The notes under the pieces were generated by a model. It saw only the letters and a list, made by a program, of their open reading frames with translations. It ran no database searches and was not told the origin of the DNA. From Escherichia phage MLP3, in the sequence record OK148440: a stretch of 64,000 nt of DNA. One strand, written 5' to 3'. Both the position numbers and the translations under genes were made by a program. This document shows, piece by piece, positions 28,556 to 35,816 of the stretch (within the stretch, counting starts at the first letter, position 1; each line of letters starts with the position of its first letter).

Positions 28556-28813
28556 TCAGTAGAAGGTGTGTGTAGAGTCGTCGTTCATAGATAACCAAAC
28601 GAAGAAGACAATCACACAGAAAGCAATAACACCGAGAATTGCAAGGATTATAGTGTTAGCTAATGTGATATCTAACACGCTTTGCAGATACATAAAGAAC
28701 TGTACGACACCACATACCATCAGCACAACCCCAACGACAATGAGGAGCCAATATGTGCAGAGAAGGACTGCATCTAATAGTGATACATACTTTGGATGAT
28801 CTTTATGTCTCAC
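28556..28813 (-). CDS. membrane protein
   Basis: Several hydrophobic helices (LLCTYWLLIVVGVVLMVCGVV; ILAILGVIAFCVIVFFVWL). Confidence 0.45.
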   Translation of the reverse strand: MRHKDHPKYVSLLDAVLLCTYWLLIVVGVVLMVCGVVQFFMYLQSVLDITLANTIILAILGVIAFCVIVFFVWLSMNDDSTHTFY

Positions 28814-29069
28814 TGATCTTTTCCACTAAATCCAGAGTTGCTGATTCAAATACAACACCAACTACCATATTAGGTGCCATATTACGAACGTATCCGCTCT
28901 GCATAGACACGGCCCGAGAGTATTCAGAACCGTTAGAACTTTTGTTTACCTTCATGTAAAGGGTTTGCTCTTTATCTTCTTTCAGAGTAAAGAAAGAGCC
29001 GGGAAGAAGCCTCTGAACAGTCAGAGGGATATCTGCAACATGAGTCTTATTGATAGTAAGAACTGTCAT
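28803..29069 (-). CDS. small protein, paralog family B (divergent)
   Basis: LLPGSFFTLKEDKEQTLYMKV matches family core. Confidence 0.45.
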   Translation of the reverse strand: MTVLTINKTHVADIPLTVQRLLPGSFFTLKEDKEQTLYMKVNKSSNGSEYSRAVSMQSGYVRNMAPNMVVGVVFESATLDLVEKISET

Positions 29070-29072
29070 TGC

Positions 29073-29327
29073 TTATTCCTTAATAGTTGCTTCAGCTTTA
29101 ATAGGAATAACAGCAACATCTTTACGAGGTGCTGTCGCTCGACCTGTGTTAAGGCAGGCTACAAGTCTATGCTCGTCCGCACCCTTGATGCAGAGTCGAG
29201 TTGAGAACTCAGTAGACAGCAAGATGTACAAATCATCATCTTCACTGTTAGGGTACATGAAGCAATCCCCAAGTCGTAAAGCACTGAGAGGTATTGCACT
29301 CTTACCTGCTGGTTTATTAACTTTCAT
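29073..29327 (-). CDS. small protein, paralog family B
   Basis: LSALRLGDCFMYPNSEDDDLYILL matches family core. Confidence 0.5.
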   Translation of the reverse strand: MKVNKPAGKSAIPLSALRLGDCFMYPNSEDDDLYILLSTEFSTRLCIKGADEHRLVACLNTGRATAPRKDVAVIPIKAEATIKE

Positions 29328-29603
29328 TTTACCACCTTTAGTTATGGACCAATTTATGAGAGAACTCTCGGAAGAATGCTTTCATAAATAGGGGGAGGGG
29401 ACGAATCCTCCCATATCCTATTAATTAATATTGCATGTAAGATCTAACAATTCGATGCTGTAGTGGATAGCGTAAAACGCTTACCGGCATTAAACCCAGC
29501 CCATGAGGGGCTTATGTGAATAAAATGCTCAACATTGAGCGGTTAGTTGATAGGAGATCTGAAGTCCTATCTCAAAGGACTCTCGTAAGAATCCTTCACG
29601 ATA

Positions 29604-29870
29604 TTACTTAGTAATAAAGACTGTCACCTTATCCATTACCCAGCCTATCAGCATAAGGAAAGGTAAGAAGAGGATAAAGATCAGCATAAAAGGCCAGAAG
29701 AATATCACCGTCCAAATAGAGTATTCATCAGGCTTACCACTCCATGAGGAATGGAAGAAGTTGTAGAGTGTATTGGTTTTGAAGCACCATTTAACTACAA
29801 TGGCTGCCAACCACCAACCAATAACATAAATCAGGAGGACATACGCTGCTGTAACCATTGACCGTTCCAT
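29604..29870 (-). CDS. membrane protein
   Basis: Hydrophobic helices throughout 88-aa ORF. Confidence 0.45.
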   Translation of the reverse strand: MERSMVTAAYVLLIYVIGWWLAAIVVKWCFKTNTLYNFFHSSWSGKPDEYSIWTVIFFWPFMLIFILFLPFLMLIGWVMDKVTVFITK

Positions 29871-30085
29871 TGATAGTTGCGAGTTACCACGTTTCCGTGG
29901 ATAAGAAAGTGCTGGCGGCGAAGGATATCTTTAACGTTGTAATAGGCAGCGTTACCGAGATGGCCTTCTTTGATAAGCCAACGAAGATTACGAATATCAA
30001 CCAACAGCATTTTTACTTGCTGTTGGCATGAAGTTTGAGCTGCTGTTTCAAGTAGAGCTTTCGTATCAGAATAATGACCGGACAT
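29831..30085 (-). CDS. hypothetical protein
   Basis: 84-aa ORF. Confidence 0.4.
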   Translation of the reverse strand: MSGHYSDTKALLETAAQTSCQQQVKMLLVDIRNLRWLIKEGHLGNAAYYNVKDILRRQHFLIHGNVVTRNYQWNGQWLQQRMSS

Positions 30086-30086
30086 A

Positions 30087-30419
30087 TCACCACTCCTTAC
30101 CTGTTGTTGTCACAGAGCCACCACACAGCTCACCACGGGAGATGAAGTCATAACGTGACCAATCACCTTGGGTAGCCATATCACGATCTGCATAAGCTTT
30201 CTCGTCAACAGCACCGCCATTGGAACAAGAAGCACCGGCATAACGTATATCAACCTCACCACTAGGAATCTTCTCCCCGCTATGCCAACGGGAAACACAG
30301 ACACCTTCTACAGATAATGCACACCATCCATCAGGACGATGCTGTACACAGCCTGTAAGAGCTACACAGGCGATAAAGATACAGGTTAAGGTAATTACAC
30401 CACCCCAACTCATAAGCAC
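30087..30419 (-). CDS. putative lipoprotein
   Basis: Signal peptide ending in lipobox LTGC (ACVALTGC). Confidence 0.5.
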   Translation of the reverse strand: MLMSWGGVITLTCIFIACVALTGCVQHRPDGWCALSVEGVCVSRWHSGEKIPSGEVDIRYAGASCSNGGAVDEKAYADRDMATQGDWSRYDFISRGELCGGSVTTTGKEW

Positions 30420-30430
30420 CTCCTATTTGA

Positions 30431-30520
30431 TTTGGTGGACTATCTGGAATCGAACCAGAAGCTCACTAAGAAAGCAATTCCCACTGTTATAAAAGCACTT
30501 GCCTCAACAGGGATACACTA
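30431..30520 (-). ncRNA. tRNA-like element (non-canonical; possible second tRNA or pseudo-tRNA)
   Basis: Minus-strand sense ends ...TCTGG-TTCGATT-CCAGA-TAGTCCACCA (canonical T-arm and CCA-like end) but no canonical acceptor/D/anticodon fold found by eye. Confidence 0.3.
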
Positions 30521-30551
30521 ACTCTGGTGCCGTACCCATACTAGCCCTAAA

Positions 30552-30627
30552 TGTGGTGCACCCTACAGGACTCGAACCTGTAACCAACGACTTAGAAGGT
30601 CGCTGCTCTGTCCGTTGAGCTAAGGGT
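30552..30627 (-). tRNA. tRNA-Arg (anticodon UCU)
   Basis: 76-nt cloverleaf folded by hand: acceptor GCACCCT/AGGGTGC, D-stem GCTC/GAGC, anticodon stem GCGAC/GTCGT with loop CTTCTAA, T-arm ACAGG-TTCGAGT-CCTGT, encoded CCA. Confidence 0.9.
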
Positions 30628-30638
30628 GCTGAATTTGT

Positions 30639-30848
30639 TTAACTGAAGATACGCAAGGCCACATCGTGACCGATATGACCGGGAACTTTATGCTGTTCTA
30701 TTTTCAAACAGTGTTTACAGATACGAGATACACGAGATTCTTTTCTCTCTACTGGAGTGTCTTTAGCGTGAGTGATATGTAAGTTTTCAGTGACCACCCA
30801 TTCATGTTTACATCCAGAATCTTCGGGCTTTTTCTTACGAAAGAACAT
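30639..30848 (-). CDS. small zinc-ribbon protein
   Basis: CKHEW...CKHC Cys/His pairs. Confidence 0.45.
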   Translation of the reverse strand: MFFRKKKPEDSGCKHEWVVTENLHITHAKDTPVERKESRVSRICKHCLKIEQHKVPGHIGHDVALRIFS

Positions 30849-30856
30849 AACACCCC

Positions 30857-31021
30857 TTAGATCAGATCTGTTTTCTTGTGCTTACCACACACTTTACAGC
30901 GGGAATAGATACGCAACCCCTGTCGCTCTCCTCCAGCAAGACGATGTGTAACCTTCAATTCATAAGTAGAAAGATCTTCCCACTCATGGAAATGAAAGAG
31001 ACGCTTGAACCATTTAATCAT
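30857..31021 (-). CDS. small zinc-ribbon protein (54 aa), paralog of 31031..31216
   Basis: MIKWFKRLFHFHEW...CKVCGKH parallels MIKWLKRVFHCHDW...CKVCGDV; below ORF-track cutoff. Confidence 0.4.
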   Translation of the reverse strand: MIKWFKRLFHFHEWEDLSTYELKVTHRLAGGERQGLRIYSRCKVCGKHKKTDLI

Positions 31022-31030
31022 AATGATTCC

Positions 31031-31216
31031 TTAGATTACATCACGATGACTAACATCACCACACACCTTACACTGAATAACGTAACGTGTGCCCTTGTCA
31101 TTGTTCCCATCTGAATCTGTATAGACCAGAGGACGGGTGTTAATAATCTTCCAATCATGACAATGGAAGACACGCTTTAGCCATTTAATCATACTAAGCA
31201 CACGCCGGTAATTCAA
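31031..31216 (-). CDS. small zinc-ribbon protein
   Basis: HCHDW...CKVCGD motif. Confidence 0.45.
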   Translation of the reverse strand: MNYRRVLSMIKWLKRVFHCHDWKIINTRPLVYTDSDGNNDKGTRYVIQCKVCGDVSHRDVI

Positions 31217-31451
31217 TTAACTGAGGAGTACGACAAGGGCCATCCTCATACACACCTACTAGTGTTGGCATGTAAGGCCCAGCGCACTGGTATTCATCGA
31301 ACAGTTCATTGTAAGTAGGCTTCCACTTCCAAGCCCACACATAACCCATTCGATCAATGGCAATGTAACGAGTGTTCAGAGGAACCTGCATCATCACATC
31401 ACCAACTGCTATTACTTTCGTAATAACTACTGCTCGGAAGTTTGTCTTCAT
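31194..31451 (-). CDS. hypothetical protein
   Basis: 85-aa ORF. Confidence 0.45.
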   Translation of the reverse strand: MKTNFRAVVITKVIAVGDVMMQVPLNTRYIAIDRMGYVWAWKWKPTYNELFDEYQCAGPYMPTLVGVYEDGPCRTPQLIELPACA

Positions 31452-31756
31452 GACTTTGCAGCCTCCATCATTTTATTCATTTTAGCCACACCTTTACGGA
31501 TAAGAGGCATAAATTCATCAGCCAGTTCAGTGGATAAAAGTTTAAGCCCGCCTGATTTAATACCGTTCACCGCCTTCTCAACTTCATCCGACAGCAATGT
31601 CATTGTTAACCACGGGGATTTTATTACCACAGTAAAGCCTGGTTCATACCGCGAGTGACTGTAGGTGAACTCTAAATGAGTAACACCGGGCATCTTAGAC
31701 ATTTGAGCACGGATATCTACATTAGGGTTGCAGCGAGTTGAAGATGAAATTGTCAT
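31448..31756 (-). CDS. hypothetical protein
   Basis: 102-aa ORF. Confidence 0.5.
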   Translation of the reverse strand: MTISSSTRCNPNVDIRAQMSKMPGVTHLEFTYSHSRYEPGFTVVIKSPWLTMTLLSDEVEKAVNGIKSGGLKLLSTELADEFMPLIRKGVAKMNKMMEAAKS

Positions 31757-32094
31757 GGCGCTTTAATCTCAATCTGAACGTTGACGACGAATACAGTATG
31801 GTTTGCACTGTACACTGAAGTGCCTATGATTGGCTTATCATCACTGAGGATTTCAACAGCGTGCTCAAGGTTAATCTTCAGATGAAGACGCCCTGATTCC
31901 ATGAAGAAATCACCAGCACGTATCTCACCGAACTTAGCTGGCACACCGATAGAGGGTATCAGTATGTCAGTGCGACCTTTACGGTCAAATAAACGATTGA
32001 ACATATCAACCTCTCTTGTTAGTTTAAGTAAGAGTTGTCCCTTAATTAAAACAACAAAGGCCACCCCTAAGGGCAGCCTCTTATTTAAGCGCAA
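31753..32094 (-). CDS. hypothetical protein
   Basis: 113-aa ORF. Confidence 0.5.
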   Translation of the reverse strand: MRLNKRLPLGVAFVVLIKGQLLLKLTREVDMFNRLFDRKGRTDILIPSIGVPAKFGEIRAGDFFMESGRLHLKINLEHAVEILSDDKPIIGTSVYSANHTVFVVNVQIEIKAP

Positions 32095-32300
32095 GCACTA
32101 CGCAGTTTGTTATTCAAGAAGCGATCTTCTGCATTATACAGGAATGCATAGAACAACTCTTTTGCTACATCCCGATCGCAATTGAGACATTTAGAGATCT
32201 GTAACAACAAACCATCACGACTATTAGGATGATCAATTATCGCAAGACGAATAATCTCACGAATACCAATGTCATGCTCAGCCGCCATAGAACCAATCAC
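32085..32300 (-). CDS. hypothetical protein
   Basis: 71-aa ORF. Confidence 0.45.
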   Translation of the reverse strand: MIGSMAAEHDIGIREIIRLAIIDHPNSRDGLLLQISKCLNCDRDVAKELFYAFLYNAEDRFLNNKLRSACA

Positions 32301-32457
32301 CCTGACGTTTACGAATGTTAGTTGTCAGACGAAGCATGGCAGACTCAATCTTCAAAGCACCATTTGCTACTGCATCCATACGTTCAGGACGGTTCATACG
32401 TTTGGTTGTCTTTTTCATAATGTTCTCTCTTTATTGATGGAGGCAGGATTGCCAGTT

Positions 32458-32493
32458 AATATAAAGGGAAGCCCTACACGTTAAGGCTTCCGC
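32458..32493 (-). terminator. intrinsic terminator-like hairpin downstream of conserved element R2
   Basis: Minus strand GGAAGCC-loop-GGCTTCC (7 bp) followed by CTTTATATT. Confidence 0.45.
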
Positions 32494-32597
32494 TTGTACA
32501 AACTGTCGAGAACTCTCTACCCCTAGAATGTTCTCTATCCCAAACCGATACATACCCCTACATATCGGAATGCCATTCGAAAATTAACAGGTTTTAG

Positions 32598-32722
32598 TCT
32601 ATCACCGGATGTTTGAGACAAGTCTCTCCCTAGCGGTGAGCCATATGGCGTTGAGATTATAGTTAATTGAGGAACACCCTCACATAGCCCTCTGATAAAC
32701 ACAAGAGCTATAAGTCGATGTT
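32598..32722 (-). promoter_or_regulatory. conserved ~130-nt element R2 with hairpin (copy 2 of 2)
   Basis: Homolog of 27301..27436; hairpin 32684-32691/32704-32711; the single stem mismatch on the plus strand becomes a G-U pair in minus-sense RNA. Confidence 0.5.
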
Positions 32723-32945
32723 ACTTGTTGGTTAGTCGTGCGTTAGGTACAGGTCTGACTACAGTCGATTTACACTCAGAATCACGCTTACCTGTATAAA
32801 GGTTAACAAAATAACTTTTGTTTTCACCATAACACGCAGTACGCATGTAGTATTGAGTTTCATTGTAGTTAAACTGGAAGACTTCACCCGGATTTAGGTC
32901 TCCGAGAGTTACAACCTCTGGCGTACTATCAATGTCAATCTTCAT
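32721..32945 (-). CDS. small protein, paralog family B
   Basis: MKI...LGDLNPGEVFQFNYNETQYYM. Confidence 0.5.
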   Translation of the reverse strand: MKIDIDSTPEVVTLGDLNPGEVFQFNYNETQYYMRTACYGENKSYFVNLYTGKRDSECKSTVVRPVPNARLTNK

Positions 32946-33176
32946 TTAACCACCAATATTAGTCACTTGAACATCAAATACAGGGATAACTTCATGATGT
33001 TCCTGTAACTGGAATAGTGTTCCCTGACGAAGACCAACCACACGATGCATATCATTCAGGCAGGTGTCTGTCTTTAGATAGAGGTGTTCAGAGTTAGTTG
33101 GTAGACGGAATACATCACCCGGACGTAGATCGCTGAGTTTTTTAGTAACAACTAAAGATGGGAGATTAATTTTCAT
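32946..33176 (-). CDS. small protein, paralog family B
   Basis: MKI...LSDLRPGDVFRLPTNSEHLYL. Confidence 0.5.
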   Translation of the reverse strand: MKINLPSLVVTKKLSDLRPGDVFRLPTNSEHLYLKTDTCLNDMHRVVGLRQGTLFQLQEHHEVIPVFDVQVTNIGG

Positions 33177-33364
33177 TTGATTAACACCAAATCAGTACGA
33201 CGTTCGAAGGAAGGGGAGGATTCACCATTCCACTGAACAAGATAACAGAGAACACCATCAATCGTTGTTCTCCGACGAATAACACCTGTAACAGTTCCAC
33301 CAACAAGGCGAACGGTGTCGCCAACGGTAAATTTAACCTTTGATCGCATCTCCTGTTTCCTCAT
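33173..33364 (-). CDS. hypothetical protein
   Basis: 63-aa ORF. Confidence 0.45.
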   Translation of the reverse strand: MRKQEMRSKVKFTVGDTVRLVGGTVTGVIRRRTTIDGVLCYLVQWNGESSPSFERRTDLVLIK

Positions 33365-33638
33365 TCTGGCGTTTAATTTCTTCAGTGAGTTGTTTGTTTA
33401 GATCTTGAATACGCTTAATCTCCCAACCCAAAGAAGCCAAACGATCGTTACGTGCTTCGATTTGTTCCTGCATTTTGAGTAATTTGGAACGAACATCAGC
33501 ATTAAAAACTTCTTCTTGCTTAAGAAGGAACTCGTAACGACGCTTCCAGCTTGCTGATTTATTTCTTAAAATAATAAACCCTAGAGTAGAAACCGTTACA
33601 GTGAGTACGAAAAGGAACTTATAAACCTCTAAAGACAT
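33333..33638 (-). CDS. membrane-anchored coiled-coil protein (spanin- or FtsB-like architecture)
   Basis: N-terminal TM helix FLFVLTVTVSTLGFIIL followed by charged coiled-coil. Confidence 0.45.
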   Translation of the reverse strand: MSLEVYKFLFVLTVTVSTLGFIILRNKSASWKRRYEFLLKQEEVFNADVRSKLLKMQEQIEARNDRLASLGWEIKRIQDLNKQLTEEIKRQNEETGDAIKG

Positions 33639-33839
33639 ATCTTTATCCTCTTAAAGTAAGATATTATAAGAAATATTATTTAGAATTTATTATTTCTAAA
33701 CTTAATTTCTATCAATAATTTTCAGAGGTCTATATACAGTCATTACCTCTGGTCCCAAATCACTTCCACTTTTTACAGAGAAAATCATAAGTGTGTGATT
33801 TATAAGGAAATTTAGTTTGTCAATATTGGCACCTACGAA

Positions 33840-34226
33840 TCAGTCACGGGAGCTATTATTGAACACTAAATCACCACAATACATCGGATTGGTATACCAC
33901 TTTGGCACCCCTTCGCTCTTACTCTGAAAGTATGTACCACTGTATAAAGGCACATAATCTTTCTTCAGTGCACGCCTTGCAAGCCGCTCGCTTTCTCTGA
34001 TTGATTTCTTTATCAGAGGGTTATCATCACGAATTAGCTTTACATAACGCTTAAAAGGTTTCTCCTTCTTTAATAGGACGGGTATCCACTCGAACTGGTT
34101 TCGTTGATTTATAACCTGCTCGGCAGTCAGTTTTCGTTGTGACATTCTGTTTATTACGGTATCCGCTACTAATGCTTTGCAAGCGGTTGGCTGATTCCCT
34201 GCCTCATAATAAATAGTCAATGTCAA
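33840..34226 (-). CDS. SleB/CwlJ-like cell wall hydrolase domain protein (TTG start as in ORF track)
   Basis: LTIYYEAGNQP...ALVADTVINR resembles the Hydrolase_2 (SleB) N-terminal motif. Confidence 0.45.
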   Translation of the reverse strand: MTLTIYYEAGNQPTACKALVADTVINRMSQRKLTAEQVINQRNQFEWIPVLLKKEKPFKRYVKLIRDDNPLIKKSIRESERLARRALKKDYVPLYSGTYFQSKSEGVPKWYTNPMYCGDLVFNNSSRD

Positions 34227-34278
34227 AAGTAGCTGGGCTGTCGTTATCAGAACTTACTACCCCCTTGTTTTACGGGCA

Positions 34279-34307
34279 TAAAAAAGCCCCATCCGAAGAC
34301 GGGGCGA
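34279..34307 (-). terminator. rho-independent terminator
   Basis: Minus strand GCCCCGTC-TTCG-GATGGGGC (8-bp stem, one G-U) followed by TTTTTT. Confidence 0.6.
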
Positions 34308-34360
34308 CCTGAAAGAGTGAACATGACCTCACTCATTTAAGAATCCTCGTAAAGACTCTT

Positions 34361-34386
34361 AAAAAAGCGGCCTCGTTAAAGGCCCG
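34361..34386 (-). terminator. rho-independent terminator
   Basis: Minus strand GGCCT-loop-AGGCC followed by TTTTTT. Confidence 0.5.
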
Positions 34387-34465
34387 GTCAAATGACCATC
34401 CAATAGGGATTGAACCATGCCAATGATTCACAAAGGGAGTTCCCTTTAGGTATCACTAGCTACGC

Positions 34466-34486
34466 AAAAAGCCGCACAAAGGCGGC
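34466..34486 (-). terminator. rho-independent terminator
   Basis: Minus strand GCCGC-CTTTGT-GCGGC followed by TTTTT. Confidence 0.6.
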
Positions 34487-34507
34487 AGACAAAGACGCTC
34501 AAGAAGA

Positions 34508-34550
34508 GCGTCATAGTAGTTGACCACTGGTACAGAAGAGGGCTTACTTA
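34508..34550 (-). promoter_or_regulatory. bipartite conserved motif GCGTCATAGTAG-N14-AGAAGAGGGCTTAYTTA (copy B)
   Basis: Matches 28391..28432; preceded by hairpin GACGCTC-AAGAA-GAGCGTC (34494-34512). Confidence 0.4.
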
Positions 34551-34987
34551 ACTCTTGCTGTTTTGAGTGGGTCAATATATTTTTCAACTCCCCACTTATG
34601 TTTACTATCAGCGTAGAAAACATCTGGTGCACATTGGCTAGTAGTAGGAAATGCTTTCGGTGGCTTAGTGCTACCTTTATTCTTCTGCTTACCTTTAGTG
34701 CGACCGTTACAAAAGATTTCTAAACGCTTTTCTTGTTCCGTTTTCGCCGCCCCGTTGATTAACAAGGAACGCTTGTGATCAGCAAGAAGAAGCGCATCAG
34801 CACGATGAACACGACGACCTAGTACCTTTGGTACAGGAGATTCTTTATGTTCTTGAGCGGCCTGTTTCATAGCCCTGCGTTTAAGGCTACGTTTGCTAAT
34901 ATGGTTAACAGCGGCTGGCTTTTCTTTTTCCAGCTCATTCATAGAGAACACTCGTCCGCCTTTCATGCTGATTTTAGATTTAGCCAT
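34544..34987 (-). CDS. basic hypothetical protein
   Basis: 147-aa Lys/Arg-rich ORF. Confidence 0.5.
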   Translation of the reverse strand: MAKSKISMKGGRVFSMNELEKEKPAAVNHISKRSLKRRAMKQAAQEHKESPVPKVLGRRVHRADALLLADHKRSLLINGAAKTEQEKRLEIFCNGRTKGKQKNKGSTKPPKAFPTTSQCAPDVFYADSKHKWGVEKYIDPLKTARVK

Positions 34988-35057
34988 TGTTTTATTCCTT
35001 TCGCTGATAAATTATATCGTGCAAGCCTTACCACATAGCAAGGCTTAACCAAATAAC

Positions 35058-35267
35058 TTAATCAATTAAACTAAACGATTTCCAACTACGTGTAATTGCT
35101 ACCTTTTCGCCATCAAAGAGAACACTTACAGAGATCAGTTTACCGCGACAACTGGATACCGTGGTAATACGTCCGGTTAATGCCTTACCTTTATTCAGGT
35201 AGTGATAGCGGACACGACGTCCTAACAAACGAGTAGCTTTCTTCTCTAACGTGCTTAAGCTGGTCAT
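35058..35267 (-). CDS. hypothetical protein
   Basis: 69-aa ORF. Confidence 0.45.
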   Translation of the reverse strand: MTSLSTLEKKATRLLGRRVRYHYLNKGKALTGRITTVSSCRGKLISVSVLFDGEKVAITRSWKSFSLID

Positions 35268-35488
35268 TAAATAGCCCCTTTATATTGGAGTGATCTTACA
35301 CGACGATACATAACAGTTGATGCACTAATCGCCGCTTGTTTTCTTTCGTGCTCATGCTGATTCTTTCGAATCTTATCCATCTCGGCATCATTACGACGAC
35401 GTTGTAAGATTCTGCTACATTTGCGATGGTTATTATTAGCACGTGCTTTCTTACAGATAGGGCACAAATGGGATTGAGTTAAGATCAT
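35267..35488 (-). CDS. basic zinc-finger-like small protein
   Basis: CPICKK...HRKC motif; Arg/Lys-rich. Confidence 0.45.
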   Translation of the reverse strand: MILTQSHLCPICKKARANNNHRKCSRILQRRRNDAEMDKIRKNQHEHERKQAAISASTVMYRRVRSLQYKGAI

Positions 35489-35709
35489 TTGCGTAACCCC
35501 AGCTTACGAAGGAATCGGCCTAACTTAGTTTCTTGCGTGATAGTGTAAGTAACAGAGTTATCAATCAAGGCTTGTTCTTGAATCGGCGACGGATACCATT
35601 CACCGGTAAGAATGCATTTGCATTCGATTCCATATTTATCGGTTTTACGATAGGTCATGTTGTTGAGAATGTTACGATACATCTTAACTTCTGTTTTCAG
35701 TTTTGGCAT
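35485..35709 (-). CDS. hypothetical protein
   Basis: 74-aa ORF. Confidence 0.45.
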   Translation of the reverse strand: MPKLKTEVKMYRNILNNMTYRKTDKYGIECKCILTGEWYPSPIQEQALIDNSVTYTITQETKLGRFLRKLGLRK

Positions 35710-35764
35710 GGTGTTTATCTCTTTTTAGTTTCTTTGATTAGCACACTGAATCAATGCACTAGTA

Positions 35765-35797
35765 AAAGAAAAAGGCGCTACCCTTTCGAATAGCGCC
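35765..35797 (-). terminator. rho-independent terminator
   Basis: Minus strand GGCGCTA-loop-TAGCGCC followed by TTTTTCTTTT, downstream of 35817..36728. Confidence 0.55.
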
Positions 35798-35816
35798 TCA
35801 TGTGTTTTATTGTTGG

